Shown: positions 17,468-27,483 of the stretch, piece by piece
Numbering within the stretch: the first letter of the stretch is position 1
Layout: every line of letters begins with the position of its first letter
DNA from: Parcubacteria group bacterium
Lineage (GTDB): Bacteria; Patescibacteriota; Minisyncoccia; Phycocordibacterales; UBA2135
Direction of reading: 5' to 3'
DNA: 64,000 nt
Assembly (NCBI GenBank): GCA_016180525.1
Contig: JACPBB010000002.1
Coordinates: 48,824-112,823, forward strand
Made by a program: the position numbers and the translations under genes
Notes under the pieces: generated by a model
Told to the model about the DNA's origin: nothing
Database searches by the model: none
What the model saw: only the letters and a program-made list of their open reading frames with translations

Positions 17468-18196
17468 TTAGAATTCCTCAAATTCCGGAATAAGCGTCAC
17501 TACAGCGCTATCTGAAAGCTCGCCTCCTTCGTTTTGGCACGTTAGTATAAATGTGCTTTGCACAGTAATCGGGCCAGAGGGCGCAGAGCCCGAAATGCCG
17601 GTTTGTGAAAATCCATTAGGGCCGGTCACCGTACAGCTGTCAACGTTTGTCGCGGACCATGTAACTGTTGACTGATTGCCAGACTTTACCGAAACCGGAC
17701 TTGCAGAAATGCCAACATCAGGGTTAAGCACCGTTACTCCAACTGATGATTGAAGCGACGACGGAGAGTATGTGCCAGGATTATAAAAGCATACAACAGT
17801 GTACGTCGTGTCTGTTGTGGGAGAAACAACAACCGAACCAGAAATGGCTCCCCCCGTTGAAAAATTAAGACCATCGCAACTCGTCGCTCCGGTGGCATTC
17901 CATTCAATTGTTACGCTACCCCCTTGGTTTATGGTGATAGCCCCCCCGCTTTCACCAGTTTCATTATTTTCTCCAAATAAATTAAGTGCGGGCGGAGCAC
18001 ATTCTCCCGGGGTATGCTCGTATGAGGGACACGACGCGGGAATCGCAAACCCGCCGCTTATCCCTTTAGGAGAAAGAGATGTAACGCCAACCTCCACAGA
18101 TTTTTGCGGCAACATAGTAAGGCCGGCGCCCCAAAATATCCACCCGATAAGAAGTAGCGCGAGCACAGCGACAATAAGTTGAGGAATGTTTTTCAT
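17468..18196 (-). CDS. secreted Gly/Ser/Thr-rich surface protein (hypothetical)
   Basis: N-terminal signal/TM segment (MKNIPQLIVAVLALLLIGWIF), then a low-complexity G/S/T-rich region. Confidence 0.55.
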   Translation of the reverse strand: MKNIPQLIVAVLALLLIGWIFWGAGLTMLPQKSVEVGVTSLSPKGISGGFAIPASCPSYEHTPGECAPPALNLFGENNETGESGGAITINQGGSVTIEWNATGATSCDGLNFSTGGAISGSVVVSPTTDTTYTVVCFYNPGTYSPSSLQSSVGVTVLNPDVGISASPVSVKSGNQSTVTWSATNVDSCTVTGPNGFSQTGISGSAPSGPITVQSTFILTCQNEGGELSDSAVVTLIPEFEEF

Positions 18197-18235
18197 GCTA
18201 ATAATTATATCAAATAGAGCCAAAAACAAAAACAA

Positions 18236-19006
18236 TTATTTGCCGGCGGTTAAATTAATATTAAATCGTATGGCTTCTTTCATTTCATAAACCCCTTGTC
18301 CCGCAACGTTTGGATCGTTTCCGGGGTATGCCCTATGCCAATCTGATTCTGTAAGAGTTTCCGCCCAAAAAAGCGCCTTTTGAAAGTAAATCTTGGCTTT
18401 TTCATTATTGCCTAGGTTCATATGCGCAAGCGCTGTCATATTTAAAAGCCACGGGTTATTCGGAAAATGCGCGAGTCCGCCCTCCGCAGTTTGCCGTGTT
18501 TTTTCATAGTTCCCCTGTTGAAAATAAATCCACGCCAGGTCGTTGTACACAGCCCAGTTATTTCTATCCCATTCAAAAAATTTCAAAAAATTTTTCTCCG
18601 CTTTTTCATATTCTTTCGTATATCCATAAATGAGCCCGCGGATATAATATGAAGACATAAGCGAGTCGCCATGCAGCTCAATTTGTGTATTTATCTTCTC
18701 GAGTGCCCCATCAAAATCCCCGCGCAAAAAATCAATCCGCGCAAGCTGGTGCCACGCATCAGACACGTTCGGATCGACTCCGAGCGCTTTATTAAAATAT
18801 TCTGCCGCCCTGTCTAAGTCATACTTCCCGCTTCCGCCAACATTGAAATAATAATTTCCCTTTTGCACGAATACGTTCGCGTCATTCCCCCGCAAAGAAA
18901 ACATATCAAAAACAACTGCTCCCGTTTTTGTTCGTGTCAACACAAGTACTACAAGCACAAAGATTACGAAAATAAAGATAAGTTTTTTATTCAGCGAGAT
19001 TTGCAT
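18236..19006 (-). CDS. TPR repeat-containing membrane-anchored protein
   Basis: N-terminal TM segment plus multiple TPR-like repeats (AEYFNKAL, WHQLARIDF, etc.). Confidence 0.7.
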   Translation of the reverse strand: MQISLNKKLIFIFVIFVLVVLVLTRTKTGAVVFDMFSLRGNDANVFVQKGNYYFNVGGSGKYDLDRAAEYFNKALGVDPNVSDAWHQLARIDFLRGDFDGALEKINTQIELHGDSLMSSYYIRGLIYGYTKEYEKAEKNFLKFFEWDRNNWAVYNDLAWIYFQQGNYEKTRQTAEGGLAHFPNNPWLLNMTALAHMNLGNNEKAKIYFQKALFWAETLTESDWHRAYPGNDPNVAGQGVYEMKEAIRFNINLTAGK

Positions 19007-19129
19007 TATTTCTCTATTATACCAAAAACACTATAAAATAAGGATTTTTTTAAATATTGACAGATATGTATTTATTTGTTATAATTAACGATAAAGATCT
19101 TTACAATTCGATTCCACCTTCATGAAAGG

Positions 19130-19723
19130 ATGAAACAAATGAGATACTTTGGATTCTTGTTTTCCATCTTTGCGCTCATTTTTGCCTTGACATTACAAAA
19201 TAGCGCAGAGGCGGCTCTCCCGTCGCCGCAGGAAAACGCTCGTCCGGAAAACGTTACACCACTTTCGGTCTCCAAAACATGGACCATTCCTCAAGAAAAA
19301 AGAAGCGCCTACTATCCGAACGCGGAAGCGTTCGAGGCGATGGTAGACAACCTTCACGTGCGTGGAACCGACGCGGGAGAGGGCACGCACAGGGTGATCC
19401 TGACGCTCACCGCCGGCACCCCCCGCACTGAGGGCTCGGTTGCGTACTTCTTCATATCCCCAATTGCGTTTGAAGGTATATTCATGTGGATGCTCGAAGA
19501 ATACGAAGAGCGTGAAGGAGGTCTCAACGTGAGGTTCTGGTTCTTCTCCGATGAAATTCGGAGTTACGAAGCGGATCTGTTTGGCGGTGCGCCACCCAGT
19601 CCGTCAGAATATTTCATGCCAGAGAATCCGGGATGGGACACGGCAGTGAAGAAATCCCGTCTTGCGTGGAAATTGCTCTGTGAGAAATACGGATGCATCC
19701 CGCACCGCTATAACGCGTTCTAA
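19130..19723 (+). CDS. secreted hypothetical protein, GC-rich (likely horizontally acquired)
   Basis: Signal peptide MKQMRYFGFLFSIFALIFALTLQNSAEA. Codon usage and GC are clearly elevated against flanks. A terminator hairpin lies at about 19758-19788. Confidence 0.6.
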   Translation: MKQMRYFGFLFSIFALIFALTLQNSAEAALPSPQENARPENVTPLSVSKTWTIPQEKRSAYYPNAEAFEAMVDNLHVRGTDAGEGTHRVILTLTAGTPRTEGSVAYFFISPIAFEGIFMWMLEEYEEREGGLNVRFWFFSDEIRSYEADLFGGAPPSPSEYFMPENPGWDTAVKKSRLAWKLLCEKYGCIPHRYNAF

Positions 19724-19813
19724 TCAGAAAATTCTCCCGCCACCGTGGCAAAACTCGACAACCCTTGCGAAAGTAGGGGTTGCTTTTTTTATAAAAATAT
19801 TACGCAAAAAATT

Positions 19814-20560
19814 TTAATATCCTCCGACAATAATACTCTCTCCTGAAACGGCGGTTGCCAGATCCGAAGCTAGAAACAAACAAGCGTTCGCAATATCAAC
19901 AGATGTTGGTAATTTTTTTAAAAATGTCTGGTCTGCGATAGAAGAATATTTTTTTGAAAAATTTTCATCATTCTCTTTGTTGACAAAGCCCGGAATAACC
20001 GCGTTTATTCTAATACCGTCCTCGCCGAGTTCTTTTGCAAGTCCTAGCGTCAAAGACAAAAGAGCTCCTTTTGAAACAATATAATGAATCCCCGTCTGAG
20101 AAAAAAGTGGCCTCAAGGCGGCAATTGAGGAGATGTTTATTATAGATGGATTTAATCTTTGTTTTAAAAGCGGAGTCATTTTTTTTATTAAATGAAACAC
20201 TCCAAAAAAATTCGTTCGTAGAGCGTCTTCCCATATTTCATCACTTATATTCTCAAGAGAGTTCCATTGTCGAAGCGCGGCGTTATTTATGAGAATATCA
20301 AGGTGCCCAAAACGATTCTTAATTTGAGAAACAATCTCTTCAACTGCTCCTGCGTCTCCGATATCAGCAGATATGCCAATTACTGCATACCCCTTTCCTT
20401 CAAAAATATCTACCACTTTCTGAACAGTATTTTTCACCCTTCCATTAATAATTATTTTAGCCCCCTGTTCAGCAAATGCTTCGGCAATAACATACCCAAT
20501 TCCACGTGTAGATCCGGTTACCAAAACAACTCTCTCTGTAAAATTTAAATATTGCTTCAT
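19814..20560 (-). CDS. SDR family oxidoreductase (3-oxoacyl-ACP reductase-like)
   Basis: VLVTGSTRGIGYVIA Rossmann motif and a YxxxK-type catalytic region. Confidence 0.85.
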   Translation of the reverse strand: MKQYLNFTERVVLVTGSTRGIGYVIAEAFAEQGAKIIINGRVKNTVQKVVDIFEGKGYAVIGISADIGDAGAVEEIVSQIKNRFGHLDILINNAALRQWNSLENISDEIWEDALRTNFFGVFHLIKKMTPLLKQRLNPSIINISSIAALRPLFSQTGIHYIVSKGALLSLTLGLAKELGEDGIRINAVIPGFVNKENDENFSKKYSSIADQTFLKKLPTSVDIANACLFLASDLATAVSGESIIVGGY

Positions 20561-20604
20561 GCCCCATTCGTTTTTGAATTAGAATTCATTGAATAAAGTT
20601 TTGT

Positions 20605-22251
20605 CTAATTAGTAGCGGAAATCGCAACAATGTCTGCTAAAAAATCATTGTTGTTAAGAAAACCACTAATAATACCTGTAAGAGAATCCTTTTTTGTAAA
20701 ACAAAAATAATAATAATTTTTATTCCCCGCAGAAAATGTAAAGCTGACACAATTGCCCTTTATAACAAAATTGTCAAGTGATCCATCTTCTGCACCAATA
20801 CTTGATTCAAAAAATCGTCCCGATAACGCTTCTTTGCCGGATGAATGGGAAAAGCTCATTTTAAATGTTCCTGAACTAAATCTCCCCGGACCTTCAGTTC
20901 GTTCCCATGACACGTTCCATGGAGAATTTTGTACAAGAATTTCCGCAAAAGACTTTGAGCCGCTGGGGGTATTTGTTTCTAATTTTAACAAAATCTCAGA
21001 AAGACGGAAGCCACGAGTTGCTCTATTGTTGGCTGAATTTATTTCAAGTGCATTTTTGTACGCAGGTTGTGCTAACTCAAATTCGCCTAGTCTCATATAA
21101 ATATCTCCAAGAACACGATACGGCGCGCTAATTTTGTCCAGCCTTTCGGGGGTATTGTATCCACGAACTTCATATCCTGGAAAGTCTTTAAACGGCTTGT
21201 CTAAATCATGATTAAACTCAACCGCAGAAAGAGCATATTTTTCCGCTTCTTCCATTTTCCCAAGAGCAAGTTTTGCTTCTGCCAAAACATGCAACGCAAA
21301 TACTTTAAAGTATGGGGGCATAAATTCTAAAAATTTTTCATCATTCACCACTCGTTCTAGATGACGCTCTTCTTCTATATAATTATTTTTTGAAAGCGCC
21401 CTCATCCCAATGGTGTAGTTTTTAAACATTTCTTCGGTTTCTTTCATCACGATTCCGCGTGGAGGATATGGTGTCTCTTCTAAATTTTTTATTTTATTTA
21501 ATGCCATTGCTAAATTTTTAGGCTGAATAATAAGATATTGATTCTGGCCACTTGGTGACATTATATTTTGCAATCTTTGAAAGTCTTTAAAACTTAATTC
21601 ATAATTATTTCCAAGCCAATAACTCTGAAATATCAATTTTCCATTGGGTTCGTCAATGCCAATAAGTACTGTCGCGGGATAATAATGAAATGTTGAATTA
21701 AAAGGTTGGCTCTCCGTTAATGGCAGGAGCAAAAAAAGTGGAGTTCTCACTTCTTCATTAATATATTTTTTTACTTCGTTAAGGGTAAGTCGTTCTTTTT
21801 TTACCACGTAATATCCAGTCTCCTGAACATATTTCTCCACACCATCAGTTGAGAAATCAAATGAACCTGACCTTACCAACCTCTCAGTAATTTCCGCGGG
21901 GGTTATCTTTCCCGGATTCCAATATTCTAACACTGAGGCCACCGCCCCGCTTACATCACCTACAATAAAACTATTTTTCCCAATATGATTATGGACACCA
22001 ACATACGGAACTCCTGGAATTGTGTATCTAAACGTTCCTGCGGGTATACGAACAGATTCTGTACCACCAATAACTTCTCTAATTTCTCCTGGCTTTATTA
22101 TTGACTCAAGCGAGGAGGTTTTTAAAGAAAAAAAGTACCAGGTAAAACCTCCCGCAACAAGCAGTAAAAGAACGCTTACCCAAGCAACAATAGTTACTGG
22201 AGTTGCTAATTTATTTTGATCAAAGGCATTCTTTTGATTATTGTCTTCCAT
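20605..22251 (-). CDS. membrane-anchored hypothetical protein with N-terminal EYWN-motif domain and C-terminal TPR-like region
   Basis: N-terminal TM segment. Shares a VxEYWNxG motif with the two downstream paralogs. TPR-like helices are present. Confidence 0.55.
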   Translation of the reverse strand: MEDNNQKNAFDQNKLATPVTIVAWVSVLLLLVAGGFTWYFFSLKTSSLESIIKPGEIREVIGGTESVRIPAGTFRYTIPGVPYVGVHNHIGKNSFIVGDVSGAVASVLEYWNPGKITPAEITERLVRSGSFDFSTDGVEKYVQETGYYVVKKERLTLNEVKKYINEEVRTPLFLLLPLTESQPFNSTFHYYPATVLIGIDEPNGKLIFQSYWLGNNYELSFKDFQRLQNIMSPSGQNQYLIIQPKNLAMALNKIKNLEETPYPPRGIVMKETEEMFKNYTIGMRALSKNNYIEEERHLERVVNDEKFLEFMPPYFKVFALHVLAEAKLALGKMEEAEKYALSAVEFNHDLDKPFKDFPGYEVRGYNTPERLDKISAPYRVLGDIYMRLGEFELAQPAYKNALEINSANNRATRGFRLSEILLKLETNTPSGSKSFAEILVQNSPWNVSWERTEGPGRFSSGTFKMSFSHSSGKEALSGRFFESSIGAEDGSLDNFVIKGNCVSFTFSAGNKNYYYFCFTKKDSLTGIISGFLNNNDFLADIVAISATN

Positions 22252-22308
22252 GTTGTTTATGCTTTTTGTACGCGCTCATCGCCAATTAAGACAAAAAGAG
22301 AAAGCGAC

Positions 22309-23208
22309 TTATGCCGTATTGCCAAACGAAATAAGTTTATTTGCAAAAGACAACATTGCCTCTCTTGCTCCTTTCTTATTTATCGAAACATGGGGCATAA
22401 CTCCTAAGATTTTATGAATGTCAAATTCTTTTTTCTTGTTAAAAATTTCTCCGGCAGTCCAATCTCTGTAATGTGCTCGAAGCAGTAAGTATGCTTCTCT
22501 GCTTTTATCTTCTACTTGCCCTGTAATTTCTATAGATTCGCTGGGCTCAAGCAAAAGGCCGTCACTGTCTTTCATTTTTTTCCATATGTTTTGTGTATTT
22601 CCGATGGCGTGCGCCTTAGATGTGTTTTTTGTTTTTATGTTCTGATGATTAACCCCCTCCGTCTTCTCAATGGCATTTTCTTCAAATACATGAATGTCTT
22701 TAAATTTTGAATCAACTATTAATTCTGTGTTTTTAGGATACACGACCCGAAGTAGGGAAAGATGGTCAATAAAACTTTCTTCGGGCTCAATTTCTTTTAT
22801 CTGAGCAATAAAGTGTCCATCCCTCAGTTGTACATTATTCTGAATTCGATATAGATCCGGCGTAATCTTTCCGCTTTCATACATTTGCATTCCTTCCTTT
22901 TTATTAGTAAACAACGTATTAGGTTTCCCAAACAAAAAATCATTTTCAAATATAAATGTTTTCCCGTTCCACGTAGATATAAAAGGGGTACTGAAACCGC
23001 CGTCATGATCTGCACAACCGCTGTCACAGCCACCGTCGCCGCCACCGTCGGCTCCATCACCGCTAGAGTCAAGTATAAAAAAGGGGGAAAGAAAAACGCC
23101 CATACTCATCTCAAAATACTGAGAGGCAATGAGCATCGCTAGTAAAGAAACTATCTTTATTAGAAATGATTTTTCGATTACGAAACATTTTGTAATTGAA
23201 GTTTGCAT
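22309..23208 (-). CDS. membrane-anchored hypothetical protein with Asp/Gly/Cys-rich linker (paralog of 23227-24018)
   Basis: TM segment, then SSGDGADGGGDGGCDSGCADHDGG, then an STWNGKTF domain. Confidence 0.55.
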   Translation of the reverse strand: MQTSITKCFVIEKSFLIKIVSLLAMLIASQYFEMSMGVFLSPFFILDSSGDGADGGGDGGCDSGCADHDGGFSTPFISTWNGKTFIFENDFLFGKPNTLFTNKKEGMQMYESGKITPDLYRIQNNVQLRDGHFIAQIKEIEPEESFIDHLSLLRVVYPKNTELIVDSKFKDIHVFEENAIEKTEGVNHQNIKTKNTSKAHAIGNTQNIWKKMKDSDGLLLEPSESIEITGQVEDKSREAYLLLRAHYRDWTAGEIFNKKKEFDIHKILGVMPHVSINKKGAREAMLSFANKLISFGNTA

Positions 23209-23226
23209 ATATATTTTAAAGATATT

Positions 23227-24018
23227 TTATGACAAAACCGGATTCTTGCCCTTATTTTGATATGTATTAAGCGTGTATAATTTTTTTAAAAATGATTTTG
23301 AGTCCAAATCAAGCCGTCCTGCCCAATCCCCCGCTTCTTTTTGGGCCTCTTCGCTTGCCGCTGTGTACACGCCCCCTGCTTGAAGCATAAAAGCATATTG
23401 TTCGTTAGAGGAAATATTCGGCTTCACTACTTTAAAAGAAACGTCAACGACATCGCCTGGGATTGTGTGGAGATATTCACCAGAGCGTGGAGAATTAAGA
23501 ATCCTTGCATAATCTTTTTCTTCTCTTTTATGATATGCTCTCGCAACTGAAAATTGTTCTGTCTCGTAAGAAAGATTTTTCTTTGGAGAAATGAGTCCGG
23601 CAAAATATACCTTATGTTTTTTTGTCGCAGTTACCCGCAATTGCACATTTCCCCTTTTTTGTATTGCTTCTTTGGGAATAGTAATTGTATTCAATGTCGG
23701 CTGATAATACCGTGGTGAATAAATATCAAGTGGCACAAAAGAAATACCGTTCCAATATTCAATTATTAAAGAGCATCCTCCGCCAGACCCGCCACCGCAT
23801 CCAGGTGGGGGGGGCGGGGGTGGAGTATCGGCGTGTGCCAAGGGAGTACCCTTTGTAGAACCAAATAAAATATTGTGCGCCTTTTGAGAAAGCGTGAGTG
23901 TTTTGCCCTCATCGCCTTGACTCCCAGAGATTGTTTTAAGTACAAAAAGAATAAACAATCCAAATAAAAGCGCTATTCCTTTAAATATTTTTTTTATTTT
24001 ATTTTGCGTGTAAACCAT
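23227..24018 (-). CDS. membrane-anchored hypothetical protein with Pro7 and GCGGGSGGGCS segment (paralog of 22309-23208)
   Basis: Signal anchor, then PPPPPPPGCGGGSGGGCSLIIEYWNG, then a conserved domain. Confidence 0.6.
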   Translation of the reverse strand: MVYTQNKIKKIFKGIALLFGLFILFVLKTISGSQGDEGKTLTLSQKAHNILFGSTKGTPLAHADTPPPPPPPGCGGGSGGGCSLIIEYWNGISFVPLDIYSPRYYQPTLNTITIPKEAIQKRGNVQLRVTATKKHKVYFAGLISPKKNLSYETEQFSVARAYHKREEKDYARILNSPRSGEYLHTIPGDVVDVSFKVVKPNISSNEQYAFMLQAGGVYTAASEEAQKEAGDWAGRLDLDSKSFLKKLYTLNTYQNKGKNPVLS

Positions 24019-24175
24019 AATGCCTACGAGTAATTATGAAAATTACAAAAATTTATAAAAATAACTATAAAAAGCGCGAATACAACATTATATCATAAAT
24101 ACGACAGAGCCTACGAGCAATTATGAAAATGATACAAAATTGGTGTATTTATAGTATATTATACATACTATCCTT

Positions 24176-25666
24176 ATGAAAGAGTTTGATGTGGAAGTTA
24201 CCACAAACGTTGTGGAATATTTAAAACAAAGACATTTTCGTCCATATAAGCGAAGCATTTTAAAGTTATGCCTAAAAATGCTTGAAAAATACACGGGAGA
24301 GAATATTACTATACCCGTCTCTCGAGAGCTTCAATTACTTGGAGGAACATCGGTTTATCTTTGGAATTCAATAGAGACGCTCTACGCACTGCAGTCTTTG
24401 GGTATCGTTTCGCATTTCTCAAAAAATATGCACTACCCAGACGAGCCGCGTCTTCACGGATATAGCGCGGCATATTCAACCTCAGCAAATCGTTCACTAA
24501 GTAGAGCAAGCGGGGTTGATTTCTTTGACAAAAAAAAGGCTTTCTTCCGAATGCTTGGCGAATCAGTTGAGCGGCATTTGTGGTCTTGCACAGATTTTTT
24601 TTCAAGAAATCAAATAATGAAACCTTATAAAGAAATTAAAAATAAATCATTGAATATATTTTTACTTGCCGGATTCACGAAAGAACAAAAAAAACAATAT
24701 AGAGAGCTCCAGCTTACCGAAAATACACCACTTGCGTGGATTCCCGCCACATCACTTGTAAGTGAAAAGAAAATATGGTGTCCAACACAACTATTGAGCG
24801 TCCGTTATTTTAGAGAAAATGTGAGAACGCCAAAGAGACCCGCGAAACCAGAGCCAATGCTGCGGTGGTGTGTTACCACAGGTCTTGCAACGGGAAAAAC
24901 ACTAGAGGAAGCAATCGTTGCTGGGATATTGGAGGTAATAGAAAGAGACGCATTTATGATTACCTTTTTAAATAAACTCTCTCCTCCACTCATAGATTTG
25001 GAATATGTCGCAAGCCAAGACAAAGACATAGATACTATTTTGAAAAAATTTAAACGATACAATCTTGAAGTATATATGATCGCGCTTCCCACTGATTTTC
25101 CTGTACACGTTGTGTTGAGCCTCGTTATTGACCCATCGGGACGAGGCCCGGCTACAAGTGTGGGAGCAAGTGCTGATTTTGATTTAAAAAGATGCATCCT
25201 TGACGCATTATCTGAATCTCTCTCAGTAAGATACAATATAAAAAATAAATACAAGGATCCGATTGATTTGCAACATATTGGAAGAGAAGAGAGAATATTA
25301 TATTGGGCAAAAGAAGAAAACGTGCCTGGTCTTGAATTTTTAACAAAAGGGAAAAAAAATAAAGTTGAGTTAAATAAACAACATGTTTCGCAAAACTCAG
25401 AGATTCGTCATGACAAAAAACAACTTGATACACTTAGAGTAGAATTTAAAAAACAAAATCAAGAAGTATGTTTTGTAGAGCTTTCCTCAAAAGAAACCAG
25501 AAAACTTGGCTTTAGAACGGTTTTTGTGGTTGCTCCGGAAATGCAGCCAATGCACCTTGATGAATCAATCCCCTATTTTGGTGGCAAGCGCCTCAAGGAA
25601 GTACCTGAGAAACTGGGATACAAACCAGCGAAAGAATTAAATAAGGAGCCACATCCCTTTCCTTAA
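24176..25666 (+). CDS. YcaO domain cyclodehydratase (TOMM D-protein-like) with about 100-aa N-terminal extension and C-terminal PxPxP
   Basis: FFRMLGESVERH and GLATGKTLEEAIVAGILEVIERDAF YcaO signatures. The C-terminus ends EPHPFP (PxPxP motif). Confidence 0.85.
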   Translation: MKEFDVEVTTNVVEYLKQRHFRPYKRSILKLCLKMLEKYTGENITIPVSRELQLLGGTSVYLWNSIETLYALQSLGIVSHFSKNMHYPDEPRLHGYSAAYSTSANRSLSRASGVDFFDKKKAFFRMLGESVERHLWSCTDFFSRNQIMKPYKEIKNKSLNIFLLAGFTKEQKKQYRELQLTENTPLAWIPATSLVSEKKIWCPTQLLSVRYFRENVRTPKRPAKPEPMLRWCVTTGLATGKTLEEAIVAGILEVIERDAFMITFLNKLSPPLIDLEYVASQDKDIDTILKKFKRYNLEVYMIALPTDFPVHVVLSLVIDPSGRGPATSVGASADFDLKRCILDALSESLSVRYNIKNKYKDPIDLQHIGREERILYWAKEENVPGLEFLTKGKKNKVELNKQHVSQNSEIRHDKKQLDTLRVEFKKQNQEVCFVELSSKETRKLGFRTVFVVAPEMQPMHLDESIPYFGGKRLKEVPEKLGYKPAKELNKEPHPFP

Positions 25667-25668
25667 TC

Positions 25669-26415
25669 ATGCTTTCTAAATTATTTCACAAAAAAATCAC
25701 AAATGAACGACCATATACACCAAGAGACCCAAAAGATTGGCCGATTTCATGGCGTACCGTGTATTTTAAAGAATACCCAAGATTTGATAGAGTAATGCTG
25801 CCAATAAATTTTTTAGAGCTGAAAAATTTAAAAGATGTTTTAGAAAAAAGACATTCTACCAGAACGTTTGACATAAAAAAAGAAATAACTCTACAGGAAC
25901 TCTCAACAATGCTTTATTATTCAGCCGGCATAAAAGGGACGCCTGGCAAATATAGAGACAAGCCGCAAATGGAAAAAAATAAATCAAGGCGATTCTATCC
26001 GTCCGGCGGAGAGCGATATCCGCTTGAAGTGTACGTCGCAATAAAGCGAATTTCCGAGATAAACTCTGGAATATACCACTATAACTTGCCCAATCACTCT
26101 CTTGAACAATTGTCAGATAAAGAATGTTTAAGCGAGTTTTATGAAGCACTTGGCGAACCATGGGCAAAAGACGCTGCGGTAGTTTTTATTATAACTGCTG
26201 TCTGGGATAGAAATTTTATAAAATATCAAGACTTCGGTTACAACATAATTCTTACCGAGACGGGACATATGGCTCAAAATCTAATTTTACTTTCAGAGTC
26301 TTTGGATCTACACTATTGTCCGTTTATTGGATTTGATAATAAAAAAATAAATAAAATTTTAGACATTGATGAGGAAAATGAGTCTTCTTTATATATGATT
26401 GCAGGAGGAAAATAG
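25669..26415 (+). CDS. SagB-type dehydrogenase (nitroreductase superfamily, TOMM B-protein-like)
   Basis: RHSTRTF and PSGGERYPLEVY motifs. Its start lies 3 nt after the ycaO stop. Confidence 0.8.
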   Translation: MLSKLFHKKITNERPYTPRDPKDWPISWRTVYFKEYPRFDRVMLPINFLELKNLKDVLEKRHSTRTFDIKKEITLQELSTMLYYSAGIKGTPGKYRDKPQMEKNKSRRFYPSGGERYPLEVYVAIKRISEINSGIYHYNLPNHSLEQLSDKECLSEFYEALGEPWAKDAAVVFIITAVWDRNFIKYQDFGYNIILTETGHMAQNLILLSESLDLHYCPFIGFDNKKINKILDIDEENESSLYMIAGGK

Positions 26416-26457
26416 TATTATTGATTCTTTAGAGAAATTTTATGTGCTATTAATTGT

Positions 26458-27483
26458 ATGTTTTTTATAAAAAACCTTTCACAAAACAACACAGAGCATG
26501 AAACCGTATTACAGGATCAGCTCTTGGCAACGCACTACTTAATTACTCTCACACACACAACACTTGAGCGTCTGGGCCTTTTTGATGTCTTGAGAAAAAA
26601 AACAGAGCCAGCAGCAATTGATGAGCTATCAAAAATAATAAAAGTAAGAACTGACATTTTAGAGGCTTGTATTAATTTCTTGTGGTCTACGACCAATTAT
26701 CTAGAAAAAAACGGGCAAAAAATTATTTTGAAAAATAATCCGCCAAAATGGTTTTGGATAGCAACGTATAAACCTGTATTTGACAACTTAGAAAGTTTAT
26801 TAAAAGGAACAAAAAAATATGGAAATGATGTTGTTCGTGATGGATATTATTTACAAAAAATGTCTATTACAATCAATAATCCGGTTGAAAATTATATAGT
26901 CCAACAGCTTCAAGAAATTAAAGAAAAAAGTATCCTTGTCGATTTGGGCTGCGGCCCAGGGACACTTCTTTCACGGGTAAGCGCTGCAAATCCATTAATA
27001 GAGGGGCTTGGCATAGATGTTGACCCAATCATAACCGACATTGCTCAAAAAAACGTAATGCGTTCGCGTCGTCCAATAAAAATTATCACGGCAGACGTGA
27101 CAAAAATACATTTCTGGAAAAAACACATTCCATCAAATGTAAATCTTATATTCTCAGCAAATTCCATACTCCATGAACTCTTACGAGACGGAGAAGAAAG
27201 GTTCATCTCTTTTTTAAAAACACTCAAGGGCGCGTTTCCGGGCTCTCGATTTTTTGTAACAGAAATTAACGCGCTTTCGCCTCAAGAAATAAAAAATATG
27301 CGGAGCAACGATTACAAATTTTTTATGGCAATGTTTATGTTCACCCATCCGCTTACTGAACAGGGATTGCCACGATCCAAAAAAGAATGGCTTTCTTTTT
27401 TTAAAAAAAGCCAGTGGTCCGTCATGCGAACAGAACAACCTAAAAATAATGACGCGCGAATTATCTATGACTGTCTCTTATGA
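26458..27483 (+). CDS. class I SAM-dependent methyltransferase (O-MT-like with N-terminal dimerisation region)
   Basis: ILVDLGCGPGTLLS motif I. Confidence 0.75.
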   Translation: MFFIKNLSQNNTEHETVLQDQLLATHYLITLTHTTLERLGLFDVLRKKTEPAAIDELSKIIKVRTDILEACINFLWSTTNYLEKNGQKIILKNNPPKWFWIATYKPVFDNLESLLKGTKKYGNDVVRDGYYLQKMSITINNPVENYIVQQLQEIKEKSILVDLGCGPGTLLSRVSAANPLIEGLGIDVDPIITDIAQKNVMRSRRPIKIITADVTKIHFWKKHIPSNVNLIFSANSILHELLRDGEERFISFLKTLKGAFPGSRFFVTEINALSPQEIKNMRSNDYKFFMAMFMFTHPLTEQGLPRSKKEWLSFFKKSQWSVMRTEQPKNNDARIIYDCLL

